Shown in pieces: positions 10,266 to 20,466 of a stretch of 64,000 nucleotides of DNA; within the stretch, counting starts at the first letter, position 1, and each line of letters begins with the position of its first letter. This DNA comes from Candidatus Cloacimonadales bacterium (GTDB lineage: Bacteria; Cloacimonadota; Cloacimonadia; Cloacimonadales; JAFGVF01), in the NCBI GenBank assembly GCA_963663475.2, contig CAXXJV010000001.1, positions 1,664,001-1,728,000 on the forward strand, in the 5' to 3' direction. A program made the position numbers and the translations under genes. The notes beneath the pieces are model-generated. The model worked only from the letters and a program-made list of their open reading frames with translations, was not told where the DNA came from and made no database searches.

Positions 10266-11264
10266 ATGAACAATAATATTTATCATGAATGTTTATCAAA
10301 TACACAAGATCTTAATTTAAGAGATATTCAAGTAAAATTTCAAAGATATAATGACATCCCTAGTTTACTGACAATATATGAGTTAATATTTCCAATAAAT
10401 ACTGCTCTTGCTAGAATTAAAAGGAGCATAGATGAATTAAAGAATGATAATCTTCGGGAAAACGCTATAATGGGACTTTTTGTCTTAGGATATTCAAGCT
10501 TTGAAATCTTACTAGGTGATCTATTAAATAGAATTTTGTATTTTTATCCATGTAAGATTACTCAGTCAGATTGTAATAAACAGAATAAGAAAGGCTTAGA
10601 CTATCATGTTTCAAAAGAAATTTTACTTAGTGGGGAAGCTTTAAAAAATGCGATCGACAATAAAATTGAAACTATAAGATACAAAGACTTAGAAACTATT
10701 TTATCTGTGCTGCAAAATTATCTGAGAATTTCAGTTGTAATTGATAGCCATTACTATGACCATTTAATAGAAGTTAAAGAGACACGCAATCTACTTCTAC
10801 ATAATGCATTGATTGTTAATAATCTGTATTTGACTAAAGCTGAGAAATGCAAAAGAGCTGACAAAGTTGGTGAGATGTTAACGATTGATAAAATTTATTC
10901 TCTACAATCTTTAAATCTAATCTATAGAGTAATTGAAGAACTAAACAATCAGATTTTAATGAAATACGAAAAGTATACAATGCTGAATTTATTAGATAGG
11001 CTATGGAAATATACTTTTAAACCACATATAAAGATGAAGGACTATTTTTCATTAAACCAGGAAAATGACATTTACGATGGACCTTTAAAAGAGGGTTTTA
11101 TTCCATTAAGTAGTTCAGAGGAATTGCTTTTGGACATTTGGGTTGCACAACGATTCGGAAGAGGAATTAGAAAATTCTCTTTGTGTTTAATAGATGATAG
11201 AAACATTGATAAGATTAGCTTTTTAACTAATGTTTTTGGTGAGCTTAGATTCACTCGCTGGTAG
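10266..11264 (+). CDS. Hypothetical HEPN-like protein
   Basis: YSSFE helix and EVKETRNLLLHN (E..RxxxxH); likely ATG start at 10266. Confidence 0.65.
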   Translation: MNNNIYHECLSNTQDLNLRDIQVKFQRYNDIPSLLTIYELIFPINTALARIKRSIDELKNDNLRENAIMGLFVLGYSSFEILLGDLLNRILYFYPCKITQSDCNKQNKKGLDYHVSKEILLSGEALKNAIDNKIETIRYKDLETILSVLQNYLRISVVIDSHYYDHLIEVKETRNLLLHNALIVNNLYLTKAEKCKRADKVGEMLTIDKIYSLQSLNLIYRVIEELNNQILMKYEKYTMLNLLDRLWKYTFKPHIKMKDYFSLNQENDIYDGPLKEGFIPLSSSEELLLDIWVAQRFGRGIRKFSLCLIDDRNIDKISFLTNVFGELRFTRW

Positions 11265-11582
11265 TTAATTATAATAATAGAAGTTAAATTCATTACCTAA
11301 AAGTACAGAAGTGAACTCGGATATTTTATGATAAACTTTATCCAAATTCACATAAACATCATCAACCTGCTCTTGGGTTATTCCAATATATCTTAAGGTT
11401 ATTTCTTGTGAAGAATGGTTAAATATCCTCACTAGTAAAGATAAATCAACTCCATTGTTGAAGGCATGATAGCCAAAAGTTTTTCTTAAGGTATGAGTAC
11501 CAATTTTAATTCTAATACCAAGACTAAAGGCATAGTCATTCAAGAATTGCCAGACATATTGCCTTGTCGAGGACTGATGCAT
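11265..11582 (-). pseudogene. C-terminal fragment of a tyrosine recombinase/integrase
   Basis: HTLRKTFGYH and NHSSQEITLRYIG (H-x-x-R, H, Y) present; N-terminal part absent. Confidence 0.85.
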
Positions 11583-11618
11583 ATTAACAACACCATATCT
11601 ATGTGCTTGGTGATGAAG

Positions 11619-11645
11619 AAAAAAGCCTCACACAAGCGAGGCTTT
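11619..11645 (-). terminator. Probable intrinsic terminator downstream of the 1645-aa gene
   Basis: AAAGCCTC-ACACAAGC-GAGGCTTT hairpin with U-tract on minus strand. Confidence 0.6.
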
Positions 11646-11813
11646 AACCCAAATAATGCAGTAGACCTTTGCGAATAGCACTATCTTCTTTTGCAAAAGT
11701 AAGCTACATAATTTTCAGGAATATATATATTATATGCCTGAAAATTCTGTAACTTATTTTGCTAAAAGAATCTAGCACTCTTCATCAAAGTTCTACTGCA
11801 CCATTCGGCTTTA
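11645..11813. mobile_element. ERIC-like palindromic MITE, copy 1 (169 bp)
   Basis: TA...TA ends, imperfect terminal IR AACCCAAATAATGCAGTAGA / TCTACTGCACCATTCGGCTT, whole element folds back; homologous to 17805 and 30665 copies. Confidence 0.8.
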
Positions 11814-11859
11814 ATTTATGATTTTAGGAGATGCCTGCAAGATGCAAGCCTTCCCAGTA

Positions 11860-14800
11860 TTATTTCATCAAAATCATCTTCTTAGTTGAGCTAAATATGC
11901 CTTTTTTCATTCTATACAAATAAAGGCCTGTTGCAACCTGTTTATCATTATCATCTTTGCCATTCCAAACTAGCTTATGTTGTCCGACATCTCTGTATTC
12001 ATTCAAGAGAGTTTTTACCTTTTGCCCTTTAAGATTATAGATATCGATAGTAACATTTCCAGCTTCTTTAATAGTAAAAGTAATAGACGTTTCTGGATTG
12101 AAAGGATTTGGATAATTTTGGTTAAGAATGTCGAATTGTGGGATTGTTTCCACATCATCAAGATTATTAGTTTGAATATACACTGATAGATTATCAATCA
12201 TCAAAGCTGAAGCCTGGTCACTGGTGTTTCGGATGGCAAATCTAGTTCTTGGAGAGTAAGTATTAAAAGTATAAAGTCTCCAATCTGAAGGAGGATTAAG
12301 GCTTGACCAATTGACAACAGTAAAATCATCAATATCAACTTCATCTTCACTATCAGTGGATAGTACTTGGAATCTTGCAGATTCATCATCATTTGAATAA
12401 GTCTTAGCATAAAAATACAAGCTTAAATTATGGCCAGTATTCAATTGCGGAGTAATTAACCAATCGTTATTGACCCCTTCAAGGGATTTAAAAGAGATGA
12501 GAAATTTCTCTCCACTTTGAGGGGACATGTTAGTAATAGGCGGAGTAGTTGTAGAAGGGTTAAATACCATAAAAGAACCTGTTTCTCCAGCCTGAGGATA
12601 GAGGGTATTAGGAAATTGATAAGTATCACTTTCGTCTAAATCCCACTGAATCCAATTTGATAAGTCAGTAGTAAAATCAGGATAATCTTCAAAATCATCA
12701 TTAACTAACTGCATTCCAGGGTTATGATAAATAATTGAAACTGTTTCTGAGGGAGGTGAAAATCCTGGAGGATTATCGTAAACTCCGACCAAGTAATAAG
12801 TGTATTCACCATAATAGGTAACATATCTATCATAATAAACACTAGTACCGTAAGGAATTAGTTCTTCATTAATCTGATCACCATTTCGGAAGACATGATA
12901 CCCAAGTAAGTTGTCTACATTAGATGGTTCTTGCCAATATAAACGAATGAAGTTGAAGAAATATGAGGTTTCTAACTGAGTTGGAGGTTGATAATTATTG
13001 GCATTTGTAGAGGAGGCATATAAATTATAATTATAAATGAGGTTTCCAGTTTGTCTGTAAGCTTCTTTGTCAATAGCTTCTATCTTATCGGACTTGGACA
13101 TATCAATTTTGACAACTTTTAGATAGTAATTTCCACTTTCAGGAATAAGATATTCCAGTGATGAAGCGCAGATATTAGGTGAATCTTCGTCAATATAATT
13201 AGGATTACTGGAGTAGGGACCAAATAACTTCAATCTAAGATCTGTTAAGAGAATCCCTTCATTTTGACAGTAAACAGATAGAGTATCACCAATTACTAGG
13301 GAAGGGATTTTATACCAATCAACATCATCAGTTGGAAATATTTCAAAATTAAGTCCTTCAACAGGAAGGGTTAAAAGACTAGCAGATTGAACAGAATCAT
13401 TGTCATCTACTTGATTAGCATAGCCATGGAGCTCTACTGTCCTAACTATTCTTTGTGAATCATCTGTTACTTCAATTACCGCATTTTTTTCTCCTGAAGA
13501 AGTAGGATGAAAAGAGACCTCAAAACTAGCTGTTTGATTATATGAGAGCACTAAAGGATAAGTATTTAGGTCATTCATAATAACAAAATCATTAGCATTC
13601 TCTCCGCTTAAAATAGGAGATTCACTTATTATCACATCTTCAAGTCCAATAGATTTTATAGTGATAGTTTTCTCTAAAGAATATCCATGAGGAGGAGTAG
13701 GGAGAAAATTATTGTTCACTGGATATATCCTGAAAGAAGGCTGGTTAGGAATCTCATTAAATTCAAGTTTGATATTTGGATAAGCATTGCTAACCACACG
13801 AGCTGAAGGGGGATTAGCAAGATCAGGCGATTCGTTGTCACAGAAGTACGCAATTCCTCTAGAAAAAATAGAAGGAGTACAATAGAAATCAGCACTTGTA
13901 GAATGGCAAGTTTGATTACTTTCTTTTACTGCTACAAGAAGATTTTGAGTCTGATTATAATCAAAAGGTACATAAAGGTCAAAATCTATCCAGCCTTCTT
14001 GGTCAGTAGTTGTGATTGTTCCTTCATATACTACTTGCAGTTCTGATATTGGAAACCAATCTGAATTATCATTAAAACGAGTTTTATCAGTATGCCCCAT
14101 ATATATGACAAATTCTTCTGGTCCAAATTCAGAATCTCCATTATAATACCAGCTAATTTTACTAATTCTTTCATCTACATCGCCAATTTCTTGAGGATAA
14201 TATATGGCTTGTGAATAACTGTAAAAATAATTAGCGTCAAAAGGAAGACTATAATCACTACTAGTTCCAGTTCCGATAATTGAAATGTTTTCTGCTTGGG
14301 CTGGTAGAACATTGGCGATAGTATTAATTGTAATTGATGGGTTATTGACATCATTAGATGAAATGGTAAAATAATCAGAATAGGGTCCAGTTGCTGAGGG
14401 ATTAAGGGTAACTTCAATATTCTGACTTGCACCAAAAGGAATAGATATTTGTGAAGGTTCAAAGGAAAGATTTTCTGAGGGAGAGGAAATTTCTAGTTCT
14501 AAAGGTGTTTCTCCATTGTTGCCGATTACAATTTCACTTACCCCAGCTCTGTTTAAAAATGTATCACCAAAATCTAACAAGTCAGTGTTATAGGTGATGT
14601 GAGGGTCTGTATCGATTCTATCAAAAACAAAGTTATCAAGATCAATAATTACATTAGCAATACTATTATTGATCAATTTGAAGGCCATGGAAGTTTCTGG
14701 GTCTTCAGAATTATCAAAAGTATACTCATAAGTATCCCAAGTAAGAGTAAGATCAAATGTATCTAATGGTGTAAAAGTAACATCCTCATTATCACTTAGA

Positions 14801-16797
14801 ATACTACCTATTTGAAGTTGTGAGCTACTAGTAGATCCTTTGGCTTTAAAAGAAACACTAATCTGATGTGCGTTTTCAAGTAATGGAGTTATTGCTATAA
14901 TATCCCAGGGATAATTAGCAGAATTTCTCATTCTTAAAGAGTTGAGACTCTCATATCCTGCTTGAGAGGTAACGTGGACAAAATCAGGGGAATTTTCCTG
15001 TTCAATATAACTAGACCAGCCTTGAGGTAGGGATCCAATCTCTACAGATTCAAAATCTTCAAAATAAGGGAGATCGTTGATTTGTGGGTCAGTTACTACT
15101 GCATTAATTGGTACTATTACTTCGCTTCTGTCTTGAAACCTAAAGACAAGACTAGCATTATGAATACCTTCAATTTCAGGATTAAAAGTCAGATGATAGG
15201 GGAGTAACTGATCAGTAATTGTAAGAGGATAATCGTACTCATCAAGTAGAGAAAATCCTGAGTCTTGATATAATTCTACACTATTTAAGATTAGCTGTCC
15301 AGTACCATAATTTTCCAAGATGAAAGATTTTTCATGGGTATTATTTATTGTAGTTTCAGCTATTTCCCAAGATTCAGGTCTTACTCGCGGAATTGGATAT
15401 ATTGGAGCTTCATCAATCATTATATCATGTATGTAAGCTGAATTATATGGAAAACTCGGAGGGATTTTAAATACAAAATATAAGTTGTCATTGTTATCAG
15501 TTTCAAGATTTACATAATGTTCTTCAATTGCATAATAGTCATTGGATAGGGAAAAAGTTTGAATCTCCTCATAAGTAGTCATATCGTTGGGATTACTACA
15601 TACTCCAACACTTAACTGACCTAAATAACTATAAGAAGTAGTTTTAAATCTTAATCTTTTTGTTGAAATATTGGAAATTGAAGGACTAATAGCATAATCA
15701 GCATTGTCCTCACTTTCATTGTTATACTTCAAGCAATGTAAATCAAAAGATAAAGGATGAAAGGAAACACAAATTAAATTTCCGTTTTCATTGGGATTCG
15801 TAATCACAGTCCAATGTTCAGGAACTTCATAAAAGTCACAATCAGAAAAAGTTTCATGATAAGGGAAATCACTGATAATAGGATTGATAGATGTAGCAGT
15901 AAAAGGTATAATAGTTTCGTTATTTTGGGAGTCATTGATAATTAAGTTAGATTCATGCTCTCCAGTGGTTGAAGGGTGGAATATTATCTGAACTTCACTA
16001 CCATGAATGTCCAAACTAATTGGGTAATTATTATTATCGATTAAGATAAAATCTGTGTTTTGATCAAGGTTAATACTATTTATGTTAAGTGAACCATATC
16101 CTATCTTTCTTAAAGTACAAGTAACAGGTGCTGAATATGCGCCCAAAATAACATTATTCCAGTTATAATCTTCTAATGTATAAGATAAATATGGTTCTTC
16201 ACTTAACTCTGTCATTGTTAATTTGATGTTAGGTAGCCAGTGAGATCTATAACCTGATGGAGGATTTGTAAAGGAGAGCCCCTCTAAAGTATCGTAGTAT
16301 CTGATGCTTGACAATGGTGATACTTCTGTACATAAAAAGCCTACATCTTCAGGATAATTATTGCTACTGTTTGTTTGAAAAGCGATGACTAAATTGTCAG
16401 TATTGTTATAATGAAAGGGATAATCAAGGATAATATCCACCCAGCCTTCAGTGGAAGGAATGGATAAAGAGTCATCATAGACTAAAAATAAACTATCGAT
16501 TGGTACCCAGCCATCAATATCAGAGAATCCAGTTAAAGCTGTATGTCCTAGATAAATCTGGACACTTTCTTTGGTCCAGGCACTAATCCCAGAATAATAG
16601 TATGATAATGTGGTAATTAAATGATTTTCCAGGTTAATCTGTTCCTGGATATAAATAGATTGGGTGAGAGAACACCAATTCTGGTCTATTGGTAAATGTT
16701 GTTCTGTGTTTACTCCATCTCCGATTAGAACTTCGATAGAGTTTATATGTGTAACCCCTAACAGCCCAATGATAATCAATAAAATAAATCTACGCAT
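11860..16797 (-). CDS. Large secreted multidomain surface protein (duplicated N-terminal module, Ig-like/ASH domains, cleaved-adhesin-like domain, FN3, FlgD/T9SS-like CTD)
   Basis: Signal peptide MRRFILLIII...; repeated IG.G......LP....SQ.IY module; W..WDLD/DWLITPQL adhesin-like domain; C-terminal NYPNPFNPETSI...KKMILMK; RBS AAGGAGGAG. Confidence 0.85.
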   Translation of the reverse strand: MRRFILLIIIGLLGVTHINSIEVLIGDGVNTEQHLPIDQNWCSLTQSIYIQEQINLENHLITTLSYYYSGISAWTKESVQIYLGHTALTGFSDIDGWVPIDSLFLVYDDSLSIPSTEGWVDIILDYPFHYNNTDNLVIAFQTNSSNNYPEDVGFLCTEVSPLSSIRYYDTLEGLSFTNPPSGYRSHWLPNIKLTMTELSEEPYLSYTLEDYNWNNVILGAYSAPVTCTLRKIGYGSLNINSINLDQNTDFILIDNNNYPISLDIHGSEVQIIFHPSTTGEHESNLIINDSQNNETIIPFTATSINPIISDFPYHETFSDCDFYEVPEHWTVITNPNENGNLICVSFHPLSFDLHCLKYNNESEDNADYAISPSISNISTKRLRFKTTSYSYLGQLSVGVCSNPNDMTTYEEIQTFSLSNDYYAIEEHYVNLETDNNDNLYFVFKIPPSFPYNSAYIHDIMIDEAPIYPIPRVRPESWEIAETTINNTHEKSFILENYGTGQLILNSVELYQDSGFSLLDEYDYPLTITDQLLPYHLTFNPEIEGIHNASLVFRFQDRSEVIVPINAVVTDPQINDLPYFEDFESVEIGSLPQGWSSYIEQENSPDFVHVTSQAGYESLNSLRMRNSANYPWDIIAITPLLENAHQISVSFKAKGSTSSSQLQIGSILSDNEDVTFTPLDTFDLTLTWDTYEYTFDNSEDPETSMAFKLINNSIANVIIDLDNFVFDRIDTDPHITYNTDLLDFGDTFLNRAGVSEIVIGNNGETPLELEISSPSENLSFEPSQISIPFGASQNIEVTLNPSATGPYSDYFTISSNDVNNPSITINTIANVLPAQAENISIIGTGTSSDYSLPFDANYFYSYSQAIYYPQEIGDVDERISKISWYYNGDSEFGPEEFVIYMGHTDKTRFNDNSDWFPISELQVVYEGTITTTDQEGWIDFDLYVPFDYNQTQNLLVAVKESNQTCHSTSADFYCTPSIFSRGIAYFCDNESPDLANPPSARVVSNAYPNIKLEFNEIPNQPSFRIYPVNNNFLPTPPHGYSLEKTITIKSIGLEDVIISESPILSGENANDFVIMNDLNTYPLVLSYNQTASFEVSFHPTSSGEKNAVIEVTDDSQRIVRTVELHGYANQVDDNDSVQSASLLTLPVEGLNFEIFPTDDVDWYKIPSLVIGDTLSVYCQNEGILLTDLRLKLFGPYSSNPNYIDEDSPNICASSLEYLIPESGNYYLKVVKIDMSKSDKIEAIDKEAYRQTGNLIYNYNLYASSTNANNYQPPTQLETSYFFNFIRLYWQEPSNVDNLLGYHVFRNGDQINEELIPYGTSVYYDRYVTYYGEYTYYLVGVYDNPPGFSPPSETVSIIYHNPGMQLVNDDFEDYPDFTTDLSNWIQWDLDESDTYQFPNTLYPQAGETGSFMVFNPSTTTPPITNMSPQSGEKFLISFKSLEGVNNDWLITPQLNTGHNLSLYFYAKTYSNDDESARFQVLSTDSEDEVDIDDFTVVNWSSLNPPSDWRLYTFNTYSPRTRFAIRNTSDQASALMIDNLSVYIQTNNLDDVETIPQFDILNQNYPNPFNPETSITFTIKEAGNVTIDIYNLKGQKVKTLLNEYRDVGQHKLVWNGKDDNDKQVATGLYLYRMKKGIFSSTKKMILMK

Positions 16798-17023
16798 ATC
16801 TCCTCCTTAAATAATTGAGATTGGCTTTCTTTGTGTAAAAAGTAGTATAATGTGGGTAATTGATTCTTATTGTCTTTAATAATTGTCTCTTCTTTCGATT
16901 TAAAGAGTCTGTAGGTTTATTAAAATTGTGTACATATAAGACTCTTAATGCTTTAGCAAATATAGGAAAAGCCATAAGTAGTTTTAACATGGAAATTAAG
17001 CTAGTACACAATGTTTTATTCAT
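16790..17023 (-). CDS. Small leader protein, C-terminus similar to ORF 27688-27888
   Basis: KANLNYLRRRY versus KAELNYLRKKF; stop overlaps the start of the 1645-aa gene; GAGGT upstream. Start uncertain. Confidence 0.5.
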   Translation of the reverse strand: MNKTLCTSLISMLKLLMAFPIFAKALRVLYVHNFNKPTDSLNRKKRQLLKTIRINYPHYTTFYTKKANLNYLRRRYA

Positions 17024-17498
17024 CTTACCTCTAATCTTATTTATAAAAATTACAAGTCTACAAGTTCTATAAAAGTAACCTACATAAATAAAATAAAGTA
17101 TAGCAAAAGTTTGTCAAGTTTTTTTTACTTATTTTTTTGGGGTATACCACTATTTATTTGTATGATAAATTGATTCTTAGTTGTAACTTATCATGATATT
17201 CCCATTTATATGGTATAACTTGTGAATTCTTGTGTTAAGAAAATGTATTTGACTTTTCGCTTTAGCTAATAATGGATATTTTCATGATTTATTTCTTACC
17301 TACAAACTCTGGGAATAGATATATCATCTCATCAATGGACTCAATAACTTCATAGATGATACCTAAGCAATCTGTGAAAAAGTATTTATTTCATTAAATC
17401 CAATATATGATATAGATAGCATTTACCCCTTGCCAATAAAATTATTGATCTACAAGTAGATTGAATTCATTTTTTATACTAACTAGAAATCAATTTTT

Positions 17499-17729
17499 GG
17501 ACAGCTAAGTTTTTATCTTGAAGTTTTAGATCGAGATGTAAAAAAAGAACATGAAAACTCAAGCATTGGTATCTTGCTTTGTCGTGATAAATATGAAGAA
17601 GTAGTAGAATATGCTCTTTCACGTAATTTATCTCCCACTATGGTTGCTCAATATGAGTTGCAATTACCAAATAAAAAACTGATACAGGCTAAACTACAAG
17701 AATTAAATGATGATGGATACTGGCAATAA
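17499..17729 (+). pseudogene. YhcG/DUF1016 PD-(D/E)XK nuclease C-terminal fragment
   Basis: Translates GQLSFYLEVLDRDVKKEHENSSIGILLCRDKYEEVVEYAL...YELQLP; no start. Confidence 0.8.
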
Positions 17730-18245
17730 ACATATCCTAACTTCTTGCGAGAATAGAGGGCTTAAAAGACCTGAAATTACTGAAAATAATGATTTCTTTG
17801 AAGTTAAACCCAATAATGCAGTAGACCTTTGTGAACAGCACTATATTCTTCTGCAAAAGTAACTTCCATAATTTCTCCGAATATATAAAATATATGCGTC
17901 AAAATTCTGTAAGCTATTTTGCTAGAATAATCTGCACTCTTCACTAAAGCTCTACTACACTATCTGGGTTAAATTATTTCGACCTGAAGCAGAATTTACA
18001 GATAATAATAACAAATCATTAATTCTACACGGACGATTACGAACGATTACGGTCGATTAGAAATAGAAAAACAAGAGATATTACTTTATCTATTAGATAA
18101 TAAAACCATAACTCGTAAGCAAGTTATTGATGTTTTCGATTTTAAAACTACAAAAGCAACAAATTTTTTAGCTGAGATGACAGAAGAGAAACTCTTAGTT
18201 AGGAAAGCTAGTGGTAGAAGCACCTATTATGCTTTTAACAAATAG
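17716..18245 (+). pseudogene. 3' fragment of a RecG-C-like/wHTH regulator, interrupted by a MITE and frameshifted
   Basis: CENRGLKRPEITENNDFFEVK | LFRPE rejoins in frame after removing the MITE; later frame gives ILLYLLDNKTITRKQV...RKASGRSTYY winged helix. Confidence 0.65.
17805..17971. mobile_element. ERIC-like palindromic MITE, copy 2 (167 bp), inserted at TA in a coding relic
   Basis: GAAGT-TA-[element]-TA-AATTATTT; deleting element plus one TA restores GAA GTT AAA TTA TTT. Confidence 0.85.
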
Positions 18246-18343
18246 GTTAATCATTATTTATAATTGTATCATAGAAGTTAGATATATGAAGCGTAATTAT
18301 TAGAAAAAACTTGAGAAGTTTATTAGAAATTACTAATTAAGAA

Positions 18344-18685
18344 CTAAACTTCAGCTATCAGATTAATATTATCTAGTAATTCTGGTATATGGATTGTAGC
18401 TGTTAACCAGATTCTTTCTACTAATATCTCTCCATATTCGTGAGCAATAATGTTCCTCAAGGCAATGATTTTTCTCCAAGGTACTTGTGGATTATTTGTT
18501 ATAAAGTCATCTGAAAGATGGTTAGCAGCTTCTCCGATAACTAAAATCTGTCTTTCAACAGCAAATCTTATCAACTTATTTGCTTCAAATTCTGCAAGAT
18601 CAATATCTCTTACAAAATTCAAAATATCCTTACATGCTTCTGTTATATCCCATAAATAAGATTTATCTTTTTCACTAATTAGCAT
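18344..18685 (-). CDS. hepT: HepT-like (DUF86) HEPN ribonuclease toxin
   Basis: IGEAA, PWRKIIALRNIIAHEY (RxxxxHxY). Confidence 0.9.
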   Translation of the reverse strand: MLISEKDKSYLWDITEACKDILNFVRDIDLAEFEANKLIRFAVERQILVIGEAANHLSDDFITNNPQVPWRKIIALRNIIAHEYGEILVERIWLTATIHIPELLDNINLIAEV

Positions 18686-18983
18686 AAATTCTTCTCGCAG
18701 TAGATAATATTTCTTTTCTTCTGTATGGATTCTTTATCCCATCTTTTTCAATTAAATCAACTTTTTTGTTAAAATAATGCTCTAACTTTTCTCGTAAGTC
18801 CATGATATCAAAGAGTGAATAGTTAGAATTTTTCTTGAAGGAAATCAGGATATCAATATCACTTTCATTAGTGAAATCCTCTCTTAATATTGATCCAAAA
18901 AGATATAATTCTTCAACAGCATAGCCTTTAAGTATTTCATACAAATCTGCTTCATTGATATTTATCTTTGGTAACTGCATCAT
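18675..18983 (-). CDS. mntA: MntA minimal nucleotidyltransferase antitoxin
   Basis: LFGSILREDFTNESDID (GS-X10-DXD), KVDL; overlaps hepT. Confidence 0.9.
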   Translation of the reverse strand: MMQLPKININEADLYEILKGYAVEELYLFGSILREDFTNESDIDILISFKKNSNYSLFDIMDLREKLEHYFNKKVDLIEKDGIKNPYRRKEILSTARRIYAN

Positions 18984-19325
18984 GTCTCCTTAAAGATATT
19001 AGTTTGAAAATTCACTGTATAGCTTAAATCATCGACTATACCCTATAAATCTACAATATCTTAACTATGATTCTATGTCAAATTATAAATGAAATAGCCT
19101 AATTTTAAAAGGTAAGATAAATAATATATTAGTCTTCCAAAAGAGAAAAAAAAGATATTGAGTTAATATCATCCTATACAGTTAACTTTTACAAAATAAT
19201 TACTGGATGACCCTCCCCTGAAAAGAAATATACTCCACTATTTTACCTGTCATGCAACCGTCATGCAAGCAATATCATGCTATGATATTAACATATATTG
19301 CAGTAACTTATAATCCTCATAACTA

Positions 19326-19370
19326 CTCCTAAGCAAAAGCTCACCCGTTCTAATCGGCTCGGAAGTACCA
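19326..19370 (+). mobile_element. Degenerate tRNA-Arg(CCT) 3' half, probable att site of a tRNA-integrated island
   Basis: CTCCTAA anticodon loop, T-arm-like ACCCG-TTCTAAT-CGGCT, terminal ACCA; no 5' half of a tRNA. Confidence 0.65.
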
Positions 19371-19462
19371 TTTTAAACTAAGAATGAAAAATGAAAAGTT
19401 TTATGACATTAGAAGAATCAAAACTTACAATTAAAAATGACAAGTTAAAAGTGAAAAATTAG

Positions 19463-19748
19463 CTAGGAAAGCGGACATCCCTGTCAGCGACCAGCAGGAA
19501 GTATGGAGTGGAAGTATCCTTACTTCCACCACACAAATCTGACAGCAGGGATGCTGTCAGTCCATAACTGGTATAAAGTGACAGCTCTTTTGCCAATTTG
19601 TGACAGCAAGGTTGCCACTTTGAAAAAGCCTTTCAAAAAAGTGACAGCAAGGTTGCCACTTCGAAAAAGCGACCTAATACCCACTTATAACAACAAAAAA
19701 CTAAGCTTTTTTTATCATTCTAAAAGTGACAGCAACATTGCCACTTTG
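19463..19748. repeat. Cluster of REP-like short palindromes
   Basis: GGAAAGCGGACATCCCTGTCAGC and GACAGCAGGGATGCTGTC hairpins, plus four copies of AAAGTGACAGCAAGGTTGCCACTTTG-like at 19575, 19598, 19638, 19723. Confidence 0.8.
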
Positions 19749-19938
19749 CAAAAGCGCTTTTATTATCTTATATTGGATCTTCAAAACTGAAGTATCAACT
19801 CTTTTAAAACAGTTACCACCTTTAGAAATTACTGCTCCCAGCTATCAAGAATAGCACTTCTTAATTTTCTTGACAATGTTCTTTTAACTATTAAAAGTGA
19901 AACAATATAAATTTTAAAGTAATAAAAAGGAAAAACTA

Positions 19939-20409
19939 ATGAATTTTAGAATAATCTATTTACCATCATTTAAGGCAATATCATCAGGACTTGATAAGAA
20001 CTTTGATTTCTCTGAAGAAGGGAAATTAGGACAATTTGATAAATTTTTCTCAGAACTTGAAGTTACTCCTAGAGACAATTTCATGCCTCGCGATTTTCTC
20101 TTTTATGATACAAAAAATCAAGGATTTGTTTGGTGGTGGGCTTTAATCGAAGGACAAGATACTGCTTCTTATGAAGTAGTTGATTTCGATGGTGGTTATT
20201 ATCTAACCTATCACTATCAAGATGGGGATGATAAAGAAAATGAAATATTATATAGTGAAGCTTTAAAGTATATAAATGAATCAGATTTACTTGAACTAGA
20301 TATTAGAGAAAATCATTATCCAATGGGACATGTTATTACTCCTCCTGAAATATCTGAAAAACTTGCTTTTACTCAAATGGAAACATATATTCCTGTTAAG
20401 GTTAAGTAG
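19939..20409 (+). CDS. GyrI-like / effector-binding domain protein
   Basis: IIYLPSFKAISSG start, YEVVDFDGGYY, ETYIPVK end typical of GyrI-like fold; RBS AAAGGA. Confidence 0.65.
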   Translation: MNFRIIYLPSFKAISSGLDKNFDFSEEGKLGQFDKFFSELEVTPRDNFMPRDFLFYDTKNQGFVWWWALIEGQDTASYEVVDFDGGYYLTYHYQDGDDKENEILYSEALKYINESDLLELDIRENHYPMGHVITPPEISEKLAFTQMETYIPVKVK

Positions 20410-20466
20410 GGGAGGGGATATCTTATATTATAGTCAATTTGATAAAATATATAAAAGGAGCAAATC

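Noticed and set aside
16860-17072. 70-aa plus-strand ORF
   Set aside because: Antisense to the better-supported 16790-17023 ORF; TTG start without RBS.
17100-17120. sigma54 promoter for the 1645-aa gene operon
   Set aside because: Minus strand reads TG-N10-GC rather than GG-N10-GC and contains TTGACA, fitting sigma70 at least as well; no adjacent bEBP.
19326-19370. Functional tRNA gene
   Set aside because: No acceptor 5' strand or D-arm; T-loop and T-stem are mutated.
19575-19748. 26-bp palindromic repeats as a CRISPR array
   Set aside because: Spacing is irregular (overlapping, ~15 and ~59 bp) and there are no cas genes; REP-like instead.
19503-19790. 95-aa ORF
   Set aside because: Translation of the REP cluster; no family motif.
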